64,000 nucleotides of DNA from Planctomycetaceae bacterium (GTDB lineage Bacteria > Planctomycetota > Planctomycetia > Planctomycetales > Planctomycetaceae), in contig JBIIOI010000008.1 in NCBI GenBank assembly GCA_044337025.1, positions 43,727-107,726 on the forward strand, given 5' to 3'. Under the pieces are notes generated by a model. It was not told where the DNA came from and did no database searches. It saw only the letters and a list, made by a program, of their open reading frames with translations. The position numbers and the translations under genes are program-made. This document shows, piece by piece, positions 49,427-58,308 of this stretch (the first letter of the stretch is position 1; every line of letters starts with the position of its first letter).

Positions 49427-51169
49427 ATGTTCGCGTTCGTCCTGCGCCATGTTGCGTTTGCCTGTGGTTTGCTGGCGACGGTGACGAGCCTGTCCGCCGG
49501 GACGCGAACCTGGGATGGCAAGCACTCGACCGAGCAGATCGAAGTCACGGTCGTCTACTTCCTGCCCAGCGATCGTCAGCCGCTGCCCGATTGGAAGGAC
49601 CGCGTCGACTACTATGCCGAGCGGATCACGCAGTTCCATGCGCGCGAGTTCGGCGATCAGTCGACTCTGACCACCATCGTTAAACCCGAGCCGTTTCGCT
49701 CCGCTCGCACGACCGAACAGCTGCGCGGCGGCGATGCGAACTTCATCTTCTTCCGGACCCTGGAAGAGGTCCATGAGGCCCTGAACTTCGGGGCGGGCGA
49801 GCACAAGGCGTTTCCGATCCTGCTGGTACTTAGTGACATCAACTGGAAACCGCTCGATGACTTTTACCGGCTGCGGCCCGGTTCGAAGGGGCTGGAGCAT
49901 GAGGGCAACATGAGTGGCCAGCGTCACTTCCCCGGAGCCGAGGGTGGTGGTGCGCGGGCCACGTACCTCGCCGATCGTGGAATCGGCTGGGGGCTGGTCA
50001 GCGGCGATGGCTGGCGGGTTCCGTATCGAGGCAGCGACTGCGTCGTCTACCACGAGGGCGTCGGCCACACGGTCGGACTGCCGCATCCCGAACCCGGGAA
50101 TCCCTCGGTGATGAGCCTGGGACAGTATCACGGCTGGATCAGCGAGTCGTTCCTCGACGACGACCAGAAAGAACGGATGAAGTGGACCAAACCCGCTGCC
50201 CCAGTCCGGCCTTCTCTGTTCACCAGGTTCCGGGCAGTCCCCGAGCCCGATGGTCCGAAACCCGGCGAGGCGGTTTGGCTCCGCTGTGACTGGCCCGATG
50301 AAGCCCAGTTGCAGACCTGGAAGGTCCGCGTGCAGACTGACATCTGGGGCCCTTGGCACGACATCGAATCGCCCGTCCCCGCCGATGGCCACACCCCAGA
50401 GATGATCTCGCTGGGCACGTTTGATCGCCCGACCCCCGTCAGCTACCGGATCGACGCGACTCTGAAGGATGGCCAATCGGTTGAGCTGTGGGGCTACCTG
50501 CAAGTTCGAGCCCACGAGGACCAGCCGCCGCTCCCTCCGTTCCCGCTGCCTGACCTTGTACCCGCCGGGCGCAACGCGGAGGCCTCCACATTTCTTGGTC
50601 CGGCATCGGCTCCCGACGTGGAGCTGTTACCACTGGTCAATCTGGACCAGGACTCCGTCAGTGGAAAATGGTCATTGGAGGATGGCGTGCTGACCTCACC
50701 CAAAGGGTACGGAGCGCGCGTCCAGCTTCCCTACTCCCCACCCGAGGAGTACGACCTGACCGCCATCGTGGAGCCGCTGGATGAACCGAACGGTTTGATC
50801 CTGGGCCAGCGCAGCGGCGGCCAGCGGTTCCTGGTGCTGCTCAGCTACCAATCCGGCGAGTCCTCCGTCAGCGCTATCGAGAACATTGACGGGAAGAACG
50901 TCGGCAACGTCTCGACCCACGGCGGCCCGGTCTTCGTGAAAGGCCGCCCGGCTCAGGTGATCTGCTCGGTCCGAAAGACCAGCGTCCAGGTCCAGGTCGA
51001 CGGTCGTACTGTCATCAACTGGACCGGCAAACCGTCTCAGCTGTCGCTGGGTGAATACTGGGAAACACCGAACAAAGAGACGCTGTTCCTGGGCGCTTAC
51101 GACTGCCGGTACCGAGTCACCCGTTTGACCCTGACTCCACGCACCGGCGAGGGCAAGAGCACACGTTAA
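49427..51169 (+). CDS. hypothetical secreted metzincin-like zinc metalloprotease with a C-terminal beta-rich domain
   Basis: The signal peptide is MFAFVLRHVAFACGLLATVTSLSAG. VVYHEGVGHTVGLPH is an extended HExxHxxGxxH motif. Confidence 0.6.
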   Translation: MFAFVLRHVAFACGLLATVTSLSAGTRTWDGKHSTEQIEVTVVYFLPSDRQPLPDWKDRVDYYAERITQFHAREFGDQSTLTTIVKPEPFRSARTTEQLRGGDANFIFFRTLEEVHEALNFGAGEHKAFPILLVLSDINWKPLDDFYRLRPGSKGLEHEGNMSGQRHFPGAEGGGARATYLADRGIGWGLVSGDGWRVPYRGSDCVVYHEGVGHTVGLPHPEPGNPSVMSLGQYHGWISESFLDDDQKERMKWTKPAAPVRPSLFTRFRAVPEPDGPKPGEAVWLRCDWPDEAQLQTWKVRVQTDIWGPWHDIESPVPADGHTPEMISLGTFDRPTPVSYRIDATLKDGQSVELWGYLQVRAHEDQPPLPPFPLPDLVPAGRNAEASTFLGPASAPDVELLPLVNLDQDSVSGKWSLEDGVLTSPKGYGARVQLPYSPPEEYDLTAIVEPLDEPNGLILGQRSGGQRFLVLLSYQSGESSVSAIENIDGKNVGNVSTHGGPVFVKGRPAQVICSVRKTSVQVQVDGRTVINWTGKPSQLSLGEYWETPNKETLFLGAYDCRYRVTRLTLTPRTGEGKSTR

Positions 51170-51293
51170 CGTCGTTTCGGTATTGGTCTTTCACTCGGAG
51201 ACTCCGCAAAGTTTGACTCTGGCCCGCGAAATTGCGCCAACAGGTGCCCCGGCGATCGCGTAACCCCGAACGCCAACCCTCGTCGCGGCGGGC

Positions 51294-52424
51294 GTGCATT
51301 CGACAATTGTCGAACCGCCCGACACACTGCGAAGGCGGAATTCTCCGCCGGTCTCGTTTTTCCTCTGGAGTCCCGCCCTCGTGGCGATTTCTCAGCCACT
51401 GACTGTTTCCGAACTGCTGCTGCTCAATGAGGAGCTGCGGTTGGCGCTGCGTTCTGGGGTCCCGCTTGATCTGGGGCTGCAGGATTCGTCGGGGCACCTG
51501 CCGCGCCGGCTGGCGCGGCTGGCGGAGCAGTTGGCGACGCATGTCAGCGAGGGACAATCGCTGCCAGCCGCCCTGGACCGCCTGGATCCCCCTCCGCCGG
51601 TCATCTATCGGGTCCTGGTCGCAGCGGGACTTCGCGGAGATCAGCTGGAGCGGGTGTTGACCCAGCTCGACGAGTTTGGGCGTGTGCTGATTGAGATGCG
51701 CGAGGCGCTGCGCCGGGCGATGATCTACCCCATGTCGGTGCTGATCGTCGGATATGCGGTGGCCTGCCTGACGATCCGGTTTGGAGTTCCTCCGCTGCGG
51801 GATTTTCTCGTCGATCTGCGAGCCCAGCCCAGTCCGCCGATCCAGGCGATGTACTGGCTGAACGAGAATTTCGCGGTCTGGGCGATCGGGTTGCCTGTGG
51901 CGTTCTTTCTGCTGACGGGTGCCGGTGTGCTGTACGACTGGGTTCAGTCCGGTCGACTGGGATCTCTGGGGCTCTTGCGGTTCGTGCCGGGGCTGAACGC
52001 CGTCCGCAAGAACTTTGAGATGTCGCAGCTGGCTCACCTGTTGTCGATTCAAGTGGAGCATGGAGTCCCGCTCCCCGAGTCACTTCGCCGCTGTGCCGAG
52101 TTTGCGGGTCACGGCCGTTTGGGTCGCGACTGCGAGAACGCCGCACAGCAAGTCGAAGCGGGAGCCCCGATTACACAGTTCCAATCCGCCCCGCCGTTTC
52201 TGCAATGGATCCTGACGGTCCCCGTGTCGCAGTCAGAACTCGTCGCGAACTCGCGTCAGGCGGCTGAGCTCTACCGGGATCGCACGGCGCTACAGGCCGA
52301 GTGGATCGCGCGGGTCATTCCAGCGGTTCTCACGCTGGGACTGGGAACACTGATCGTGGGAGGATATGGCTGGGTGGTGATGGACAGTCTCGCGGTTGTC
52401 TGGAAAAGGTTGATGCATGAATAG
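51294..52424 (+). CDS. type II secretion/type IV pilus platform protein F-family paralog 1 (GspF/PilC-like)
   Basis: 376 aa with a GTG start. T2SSF-like repeats are present (LRLALRSGVPLDLGL; LAHLLSIQVEHGVPLPESL), and 3-4 TM segments. Confidence 0.7.
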   Translation: MHSTIVEPPDTLRRRNSPPVSFFLWSPALVAISQPLTVSELLLLNEELRLALRSGVPLDLGLQDSSGHLPRRLARLAEQLATHVSEGQSLPAALDRLDPPPPVIYRVLVAAGLRGDQLERVLTQLDEFGRVLIEMREALRRAMIYPMSVLIVGYAVACLTIRFGVPPLRDFLVDLRAQPSPPIQAMYWLNENFAVWAIGLPVAFFLLTGAGVLYDWVQSGRLGSLGLLRFVPGLNAVRKNFEMSQLAHLLSIQVEHGVPLPESLRRCAEFAGHGRLGRDCENAAQQVEAGAPITQFQSAPPFLQWILTVPVSQSELVANSRQAAELYRDRTALQAEWIARVIPAVLTLGLGTLIVGGYGWVVMDSLAVVWKRLMHE

Positions 52425-53451
52425 CCGCGATGAACTGCCGTCTGAGGAGGATCTGCCGGTCGAGGCAGTCCAGCGTCTGGTTCAGGCCGGAATGCCGCTG
52501 GCGCACGGGCTGCGAGCTTACGCCGAGGAGTTCCCGTCCAAGTCGGCCACCGCCCTGCGTCAATTGGCCCAGGCGGTCGAGTCCGGGACTCCGCTCAGCT
52601 CAGCCATCCAGCAGCCGGGAATTTCGATCCCGACTTACCTCGCCGGACTGATCGAAGGAGGGCTGCAGTCGAACATGATCGGAGTGATGCTGGAGCAGTA
52701 CCTGCATCAAAGACGCCGCCAGCGCCGGCTGGGACAGAGGGCCGTTCTCGACTTCGCCTACCCGCTGGTTGTGCTGCTGCTTTCCTGCGTGATCGGGTTT
52801 GCGCTGCTGACATGGCTGGTCCCGATGTTCAGAGAGATGTTCGATGACTTTGGCATCGAACTGCCATTCATCACGCGATTCGCTTTCTCATTGTCCTCCG
52901 CAGCATTGCTCCTCAAGTGGCCCATCATGCTGGGGCTGGTCGGCGCGGCGCTGACGCTCATCGTCTTGTTCGCGGGGTCGCGCTGGACGATTGCGGTGTT
53001 TGATCGCATTCCGTTCCTGGGGCGATCGGCTCGGTATGCCACGATGGCCGAGTTCTGTTCGTTGCTGGCCCCCCTGGTGCAGGCCGGCGTGCCGATCACT
53101 CGCTCGCTGCAGGCTGTCGCGTCTGCGATGCAACCTTCGATGGTCCGATCGGGCACGATTCACCTGTCTGCATTCTACGACGGCTCCGAGACGCTGGCCG
53201 ACCTGGCGGATGAGCGGCGTCTGCTGCCAGCGGAACTGGTCCACCTGCTCCGCTGGGAAGATCGCGGGAACGCCTTTGCGGAGATCCTGAAGTCCTGGTC
53301 AGAGCTGTTTAGCCGCATGGCGTCGGGCCACTCAGCCAAGGTCTCGGCACTGCTGGCACCGCTGCTGATGCTGGGGATCGGGATGTTCGTTGGATTACTG
53401 GTGATCGCGTTGTTTATGCCCCTCGTCAAGTTGCTGAACGAATTGTCCTGA
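52417..53451 (+). CDS. GspF/PilC-family paralog 2
   Basis: 344 aa. It overlaps the preceding gene by 8 nt. The T2SSF repeat RQLAQAVESGTPLSSAI is present, and the C-terminus LVKLLNELS matches that of paralog 3. Confidence 0.75.
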   Translation: MNSRDELPSEEDLPVEAVQRLVQAGMPLAHGLRAYAEEFPSKSATALRQLAQAVESGTPLSSAIQQPGISIPTYLAGLIEGGLQSNMIGVMLEQYLHQRRRQRRLGQRAVLDFAYPLVVLLLSCVIGFALLTWLVPMFREMFDDFGIELPFITRFAFSLSSAALLLKWPIMLGLVGAALTLIVLFAGSRWTIAVFDRIPFLGRSARYATMAEFCSLLAPLVQAGVPITRSLQAVASAMQPSMVRSGTIHLSAFYDGSETLADLADERRLLPAELVHLLRWEDRGNAFAEILKSWSELFSRMASGHSAKVSALLAPLLMLGIGMFVGLLVIALFMPLVKLLNELS

Positions 53452-53460
53452 GACTCACTC

Positions 53461-54981
53461 ATGTGGATCGTGCTGCTGACACTCCTAGTTCCGCTGGTCG
53501 GAGTCGCCTTACTGGTGGCCGACGCCTGGCGACAGACTGCGCTGCCGTTTCACACGCGCCAGGTGTGGACCCATGCGGTGCAGGGGGCGAGCGTGATCAG
53601 CCTTGCACTGGCTGCAGGATTGGTTGTCTCCGCGCTGATCGTGTCGTTGGATGCGACTCAGCCATGGCTGCTCCTGCTGCCACTGCAGGGGATTCTCGCG
53701 TTCATCGTCGGTGGCACGGGCTATCTGGGGCTGCATGTGCCGCGCTCCTGGCCGAAGGACAACGAGGACTGGGACGACCCCGCGGTGATCGAGCGCTGTA
53801 CACCGCATTCTCTCCTGGATCACCAGACCACCGCGCGACTCCGCAGCGGTGCCTGGGTCATGGTGCTCTATCCGCTGCTGTTCCTGGTTCCAATTCTGGG
53901 GTTCTTCGGAATCGCTCTCTTCCTGCTTGGCACCATAACGCTGACGACCATCGTTCATGTGCGACGCGGGTTCCAGTCACAGCTGTTGTGGCTGCTCGCC
54001 ATCGCTCTGCGGCATCAGTTGCCGCTGTCTCCCGAGCTGCGACAGCTTGGCACTCGACGTGGTGTCAGTGTGCGAATACGGCTCAATGAGGCCGCGAACA
54101 ATCTGGAGGGCGGCGATCCGCTGTGGCTCGTCCTGGAGCGTGCGCGGCTGCTGCCCGCAGCTGCAGTATCGGCCATTCGGGTGGCTGAAGGCGGCGGGCG
54201 GCTGGAAGAGACCGTCCGCCGGCTGGCGATCAACTCGACGGAACGGTTGAAGGTGTTCAGTCTCTCGGGACTGAGCGACGTGCTGACCCAGTTCATCGTG
54301 ACTCTCATGGCGATGGTGGCGATCACGGGATTCCTGATGTACTTCATCATTCCCAAACTCAAAGATATCTTCGAGGGGTTTGATGTCGAGTTGCCAGTTC
54401 CAACGCAGGCCCTGACCAACAGCAGCAACTACGTGGTGAATCGCGGCTTCACCCCGGTCATTTTCTGGGTCGGGCTGGCGCTCGTCAGTCTGGTCTGGAT
54501 GCTGCTCCGACATATCGTGGGGTGGAGTTCCCTGTCGGTGCCGATTCTGATGCACTTCCATCCGCGGCGCGACGCCCCGGAGATATTGCGAGTCCTCGCG
54601 GGGTTGATTCGGGACCAGGCCGCGCTGCCCGAGAAACTCAAAGACCTCTCGCACCGACGCGGGCGGCCTGACCTGGGTGCCCGTTACCACCGCATGGGCG
54701 ACCGGCTGATGGCGGGGGAGTCACTCTCTCTGGCCTTGTTCAACGAGGGGGTGCTGAGCCCCGCACAGACCGAAGCGGTGGCTGCGGCGGAACGGGGAGG
54801 ACATCTGGAGTTCGTACTGTTTGCGATGGCGGATGCCCTGGAACAGCGTGAGTTTCGGCAGAGTTCCACTTGGGCGGAACTGGTCAAGCCGGTGTCTACG
54901 CTGATCTGTGCGGCGCTGGTCGGGTTCTTCGTACTCGCCTTCTTCCTGCCGCTGGTCAAGTTGCTGAAGGAGTTGAGCTAA
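53461..54981 (+). CDS. GspF/PilC-family paralog 3 with an extra N-terminal TM region
   Basis: 506 aa. ...LLWLLAIALRHQLPLSPELRQLG...AIRVAEGGGRLEETV... is present. The C-terminus is LPLVKLLKELS. Confidence 0.7.
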   Translation: MWIVLLTLLVPLVGVALLVADAWRQTALPFHTRQVWTHAVQGASVISLALAAGLVVSALIVSLDATQPWLLLLPLQGILAFIVGGTGYLGLHVPRSWPKDNEDWDDPAVIERCTPHSLLDHQTTARLRSGAWVMVLYPLLFLVPILGFFGIALFLLGTITLTTIVHVRRGFQSQLLWLLAIALRHQLPLSPELRQLGTRRGVSVRIRLNEAANNLEGGDPLWLVLERARLLPAAAVSAIRVAEGGGRLEETVRRLAINSTERLKVFSLSGLSDVLTQFIVTLMAMVAITGFLMYFIIPKLKDIFEGFDVELPVPTQALTNSSNYVVNRGFTPVIFWVGLALVSLVWMLLRHIVGWSSLSVPILMHFHPRRDAPEILRVLAGLIRDQAALPEKLKDLSHRRGRPDLGARYHRMGDRLMAGESLSLALFNEGVLSPAQTEAVAAAERGGHLEFVLFAMADALEQREFRQSSTWAELVKPVSTLICAALVGFFVLAFFLPLVKLLKELS

Positions 54982-55401
54982 GTGTTCTCTCGTACAAGCA
55001 CACCGCAGAACGTCGCGAGATCAACCCGAGCTGGCATGACACTGCTGGAAGCCACTGTGGCGCTCGCGGTCGTGGCCATCGTCGTGGCTGCCATCATTCC
55101 AGTCCTGTCACGAACGGCCCGGATTCGGGATCAGGTCGAGCACCGCGAAGTGGCCCTGCAGGCCGTAGCCAATCTGCTGGAGCGGGCTGCGGTCCTGCCC
55201 GAGCGGACAGAGACCAGCCTGCAAGCTGTTGTTGCGACCGTTCTGCCTGCAGATCAGCTCCCGCAGCCAACATGGGTCTTCACTGTGCAGGCTGAAGAGC
55301 CCGCCCTGCAGCGAATCGAGGCCCAGCTCACCTGGCAGCACAGTGGCCAGACTCCTCGCTCGGTGTCACTGGTCCGCTGGTATCCCGGAGGACAGCCATG
55401 A
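54982..55401 (+). CDS. pseudopilin (prepilin-type N-terminal cleavage/methylation domain)
   Basis: Leader ...ARSTRAG followed by the mature N-terminus MTLLEATVALAVVAIVVAAIIP (Glu at +5). GTG start; AAGGAG lies about 10 nt upstream. Confidence 0.7.
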   Translation: MFSRTSTPQNVARSTRAGMTLLEATVALAVVAIVVAAIIPVLSRTARIRDQVEHREVALQAVANLLERAAVLPERTETSLQAVVATVLPADQLPQPTWVFTVQAEEPALQRIEAQLTWQHSGQTPRSVSLVRWYPGGQP

Positions 55402-55913
55402 AGCGGGATACCCGACTTGTCCGTGAACGCCGACGCGGCTGGATGCTCGTGGAGCTGCTGATCACGCTGACACTGATTGCTATCGCGGGAGGCACTGCCG
55501 TTTTCCTGATCGCTCGCATGCTGCGCACCAGCCAGGTGCAGGCTGATGCGCTGGTTCTGAACCGGACCTTGCATGAGTGGGAGGACCAGTTCCGTCAGGA
55601 CAGCCGTTCTTCCCAGACGGCCCGAGTGCTGACGGGGGCCACCCCCTCGATTCAGTTCCAACAGGGCGAGACCCGCGTGACGTATCTGTCGGTGGCTGCT
55701 GGCATCGAACGGCGAGTCAACGACCAGTTGGCGGGGCGCTGGCAAACGCGCGGTGAGTGGCAGTACACACTGGACGAGAGTGCGGGAATCGTGAGGGCAG
55801 AACTGCATCGTTCGTACGAGCTGTCGTCCTCCGAGCAGCTGACGAAGGGACAGAAGGAACTGCCTCGGCGTCGTCTGCTCCGAGTTGAAGCTGCGATCGG
55901 GAGGACGCCATGA
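55398..55913 (+). CDS. pseudopilin-like protein
   Basis: Leader MKRDTRLVRERRRG followed by WMLVELLITLTLIAIAGG (Glu at +5). ATGA overlap with the preceding gene. Confidence 0.65.
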   Translation: MKRDTRLVRERRRGWMLVELLITLTLIAIAGGTAVFLIARMLRTSQVQADALVLNRTLHEWEDQFRQDSRSSQTARVLTGATPSIQFQQGETRVTYLSVAAGIERRVNDQLAGRWQTRGEWQYTLDESAGIVRAELHRSYELSSSEQLTKGQKELPRRRLLRVEAAIGRTP

Positions 55914-56335
55914 AGGGCCGACCAACATCTTCATCGTGGCATCGCATTCGTCGTCGAGGGCTGGCTTTGTTGTCAGCTCTCGTCTGTGTGGTGGTCCTGG
56001 CCGCTCTGTCGCTGACGCTGACTCGAACGGTTCTCGCCCGCGTCCGTGAAGCCGAACTGCACCACCAGCGGCTGCAAGCGAATGCTCTCGCCGAATCCGC
56101 CTACGTGCGAGCCCAGTCGCAGTGGCGAGCCAACCCGGACTGGACCGGAGAAATCTGGTCCCCGAAAGCCGAAGGGCTCTTCCAGCTGCAAGCCGAGATT
56201 CGAGTCCCAGCTGCGGATGCCGAACCGCAGCTGCACGTTGTCAGCCAGGTCAGTGCCGGTCCCGATTCGGTCGTACGTGTCGAACGCCGTTTCCCCTGGC
56301 CCCCCGCCCCGAAGTCACAGGTCGCCAACCCATGA
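55910..56335 (+). CDS. pseudopilin-like protein lacking Glu+5 (GspK-like N-terminus)
   Basis: Leader ...HRIRRRG followed by [21 protein letters not shown] overlap. Confidence 0.5.
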   Translation: MKGRPTSSSWHRIRRRGLALLSALVCVVVLAALSLTLTRTVLARVREAELHHQRLQANALAESAYVRAQSQWRANPDWTGEIWSPKAEGLFQLQAEIRVPAADAEPQLHVVSQVSAGPDSVVRVERRFPWPPAPKSQVANP

Positions 56336-57237
56336 ACACAGCCACGAATACGCCTGGCGCTCGGGAAGTCTCTCCGTGGGGATCATCGATGCGGCATGGG
56401 TTCACGCTCATCGAACTGCTCGTCGTAATCGCCATCATCGCGGTTCTGATCGCCCTGCTGCTGCCCAGCGTGCAGCAGGCCCGCGAGGCGGCAAGGCGAT
56501 CACAGTGCCAGAACAATCTGCTCCAGCTGGGCCTGGCGCTGCACGATTACCATCTGGCCCATCGGACCTTTCCGCCCGGGTCCGTCAATCTCACAGGCCC
56601 CGCTGACAATACTCGATCCGGTTACAAACATGGCTGGGGCGTTCAGATCCTGCCGTTTCTGGAGGAACCGGCTCTGGCCCGGGCGATCGATCCGAATCGG
56701 GGAATCTTTGAACAGGTGCAGACCGACCTGGGACTGCTCGCCCCCTCCACATTCAGCTGTCCGAGCAGCCCGTTGAATTTCTCCTCGACGGGCGGGCGGG
56801 GATCGTACGCCGGATGTCACCATGATCAGGAGGCCCCCATTGATGTCGATCAGAACGGCATGCTGTTCCTCAACAGCCGAGTAACTCTGAATGACGTCGA
56901 GGACGGGCAGCAGTACACCCTGCTGGTCTCGGAAATGCGCGACCACGGTCACTGGGCGGCGGGGAATCGACTGTCGCTCCGCAATACGGGGGCTAAGATT
57001 GACAACCTGAAGAACGTCACTGCTCCGACTGGGCCAATCGCCACAGCGATGACGGTCGAAGAACTCGACCCGGTCCGCAAGAGTCTGCACGTCGGCGGCT
57101 TCGGCAGCTATCACTCGAACGGAGCGAATCTGCTGATGGTCGACGGATCGATCCGGTTTGTGAATACGAGCGTGGATACTGCGATCTACCAGCACCTGGG
57201 CAATCGCCGGGATCATCAGATCATCGGGGAGTTCTAA
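56332..57237 (+). CDS. DUF1559 (H-X9-DG) protein with prepilin-type N-terminus
   Basis: ...[44 protein letters not shown]...[19 protein letters not shown] is present. ATGA overlap with the preceding gene. Confidence 0.8.
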   Translation: MNTATNTPGAREVSPWGSSMRHGFTLIELLVVIAIIAVLIALLLPSVQQAREAARRSQCQNNLLQLGLALHDYHLAHRTFPPGSVNLTGPADNTRSGYKHGWGVQILPFLEEPALARAIDPNRGIFEQVQTDLGLLAPSTFSCPSSPLNFSSTGGRGSYAGCHHDQEAPIDVDQNGMLFLNSRVTLNDVEDGQQYTLLVSEMRDHGHWAAGNRLSLRNTGAKIDNLKNVTAPTGPIATAMTVEELDPVRKSLHVGGFGSYHSNGANLLMVDGSIRFVNTSVDTAIYQHLGNRRDHQIIGEF

Positions 57238-57239
57238 CG

Positions 57240-58307
57240 ATGACGATCCCGCATGCACGCACGCGACACGGCTTCACGCTGATCGAACTGCTGGTCTCGA
57301 TTGCGATCATGGCCATCATCGTGGCAATGACGATCCCCGCTGTTCAGGGGGCACGACAGGCGGCTCACGCCATCCGCTGCCGGGGACAGCTCGCTCAGCT
57401 GGGGCAGGCGTTTCACGCTTACCACCTCGCGCAGGGATCACTCCCCGCCGGCTCCGTCGACTTGAAGTCGCCCGCCATCGCGGAGCCCAGTCGCTTCGTT
57501 TGGGGCTGGTCGTTACAGCTGCTTCCGCATCTGGGCGAAGGGAACCGCTACCGGGCGCTGGATGCCAAGCTCGGGATCTTCGCAGCTCCCAATGCGCAAG
57601 TCCTGGCGAAGACGCCGTCTCTCTTTCAGTGCCCAGGCAGCAGTCGGAACGACACGATCGGATACGCGGGCTGTCATCACGACCGGACCGGCGAGATTCA
57701 CGAATCGAATACGGGAGTGCTGACCCTCAATAGCCACGTGCGGTTTCAGGACCTGCCGGATGGAATGCATCAGACGATCCTGCTGGGTGAAGCTGCCGAG
57801 GTCCGGTGGGCCGAGGGAGCTCATGGGAGCCTCCGCAGCACGGGCGAGCCGTGGGTCAAAACACACACGCGAGCCCCCCTCACCGCCGAGGAGGAAGCGA
57901 AGCTGCAGAGCATCCAGGAATCGATCCGCGCGGAGGAAGAAGAGCTGGAAGCCGCGCGATTGACCTATGTCGATCAGGTTCAGTCGGATTACCCGCCTCC
58001 GCCGCCGATGGTTGAACCGATCTCCAGCGACGACGAGGAGATGTTTGCGGCCGAGGAAAGGTCTGGCTTGGAGATGTGGGAGATGGGAGCGGAATCCGGG
58101 ATGGGTGATGGAAGCGTGCCTCCCCCGCCGCCCGCGCCCGAGTCGCTGCCCGCTTCGCGAGCCTTCGGGTTCTGGACAGCTCACCAGGATGGGGGCCATT
58201 TCCTGCTCGTCGATGGGTCGGTCCGCCTGATCTCTCAAAGTGTGGATCAGGAAGTCCTGCGGCGGCTGGCGAATCGTCGGGACACTCGCGATCCGGGAGA
58301 GTTCTAG
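57240..58307 (+). CDS. DUF1559 protein with prepilin-type N-terminus and an acidic/Pro-rich insertion
   Basis: [51 protein letters not shown]...[16 protein letters not shown]. The insert is [21 protein letters not shown]...PPPPPMVEP...PPPPPAPE. Confidence 0.8.
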   Translation: MTIPHARTRHGFTLIELLVSIAIMAIIVAMTIPAVQGARQAAHAIRCRGQLAQLGQAFHAYHLAQGSLPAGSVDLKSPAIAEPSRFVWGWSLQLLPHLGEGNRYRALDAKLGIFAAPNAQVLAKTPSLFQCPGSSRNDTIGYAGCHHDRTGEIHESNTGVLTLNSHVRFQDLPDGMHQTILLGEAAEVRWAEGAHGSLRSTGEPWVKTHTRAPLTAEEEAKLQSIQESIRAEEEELEAARLTYVDQVQSDYPPPPPMVEPISSDDEEMFAAEERSGLEMWEMGAESGMGDGSVPPPPPAPESLPASRAFGFWTAHQDGGHFLLVDGSVRLISQSVDQEVLRRLANRRDTRDPGEF

Positions 58308-58308
58308 G

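Noticed and set aside
49376-50515. 379-aa minus-strand ORF
   Set aside because: It is antisense to the metzincin-like gene.
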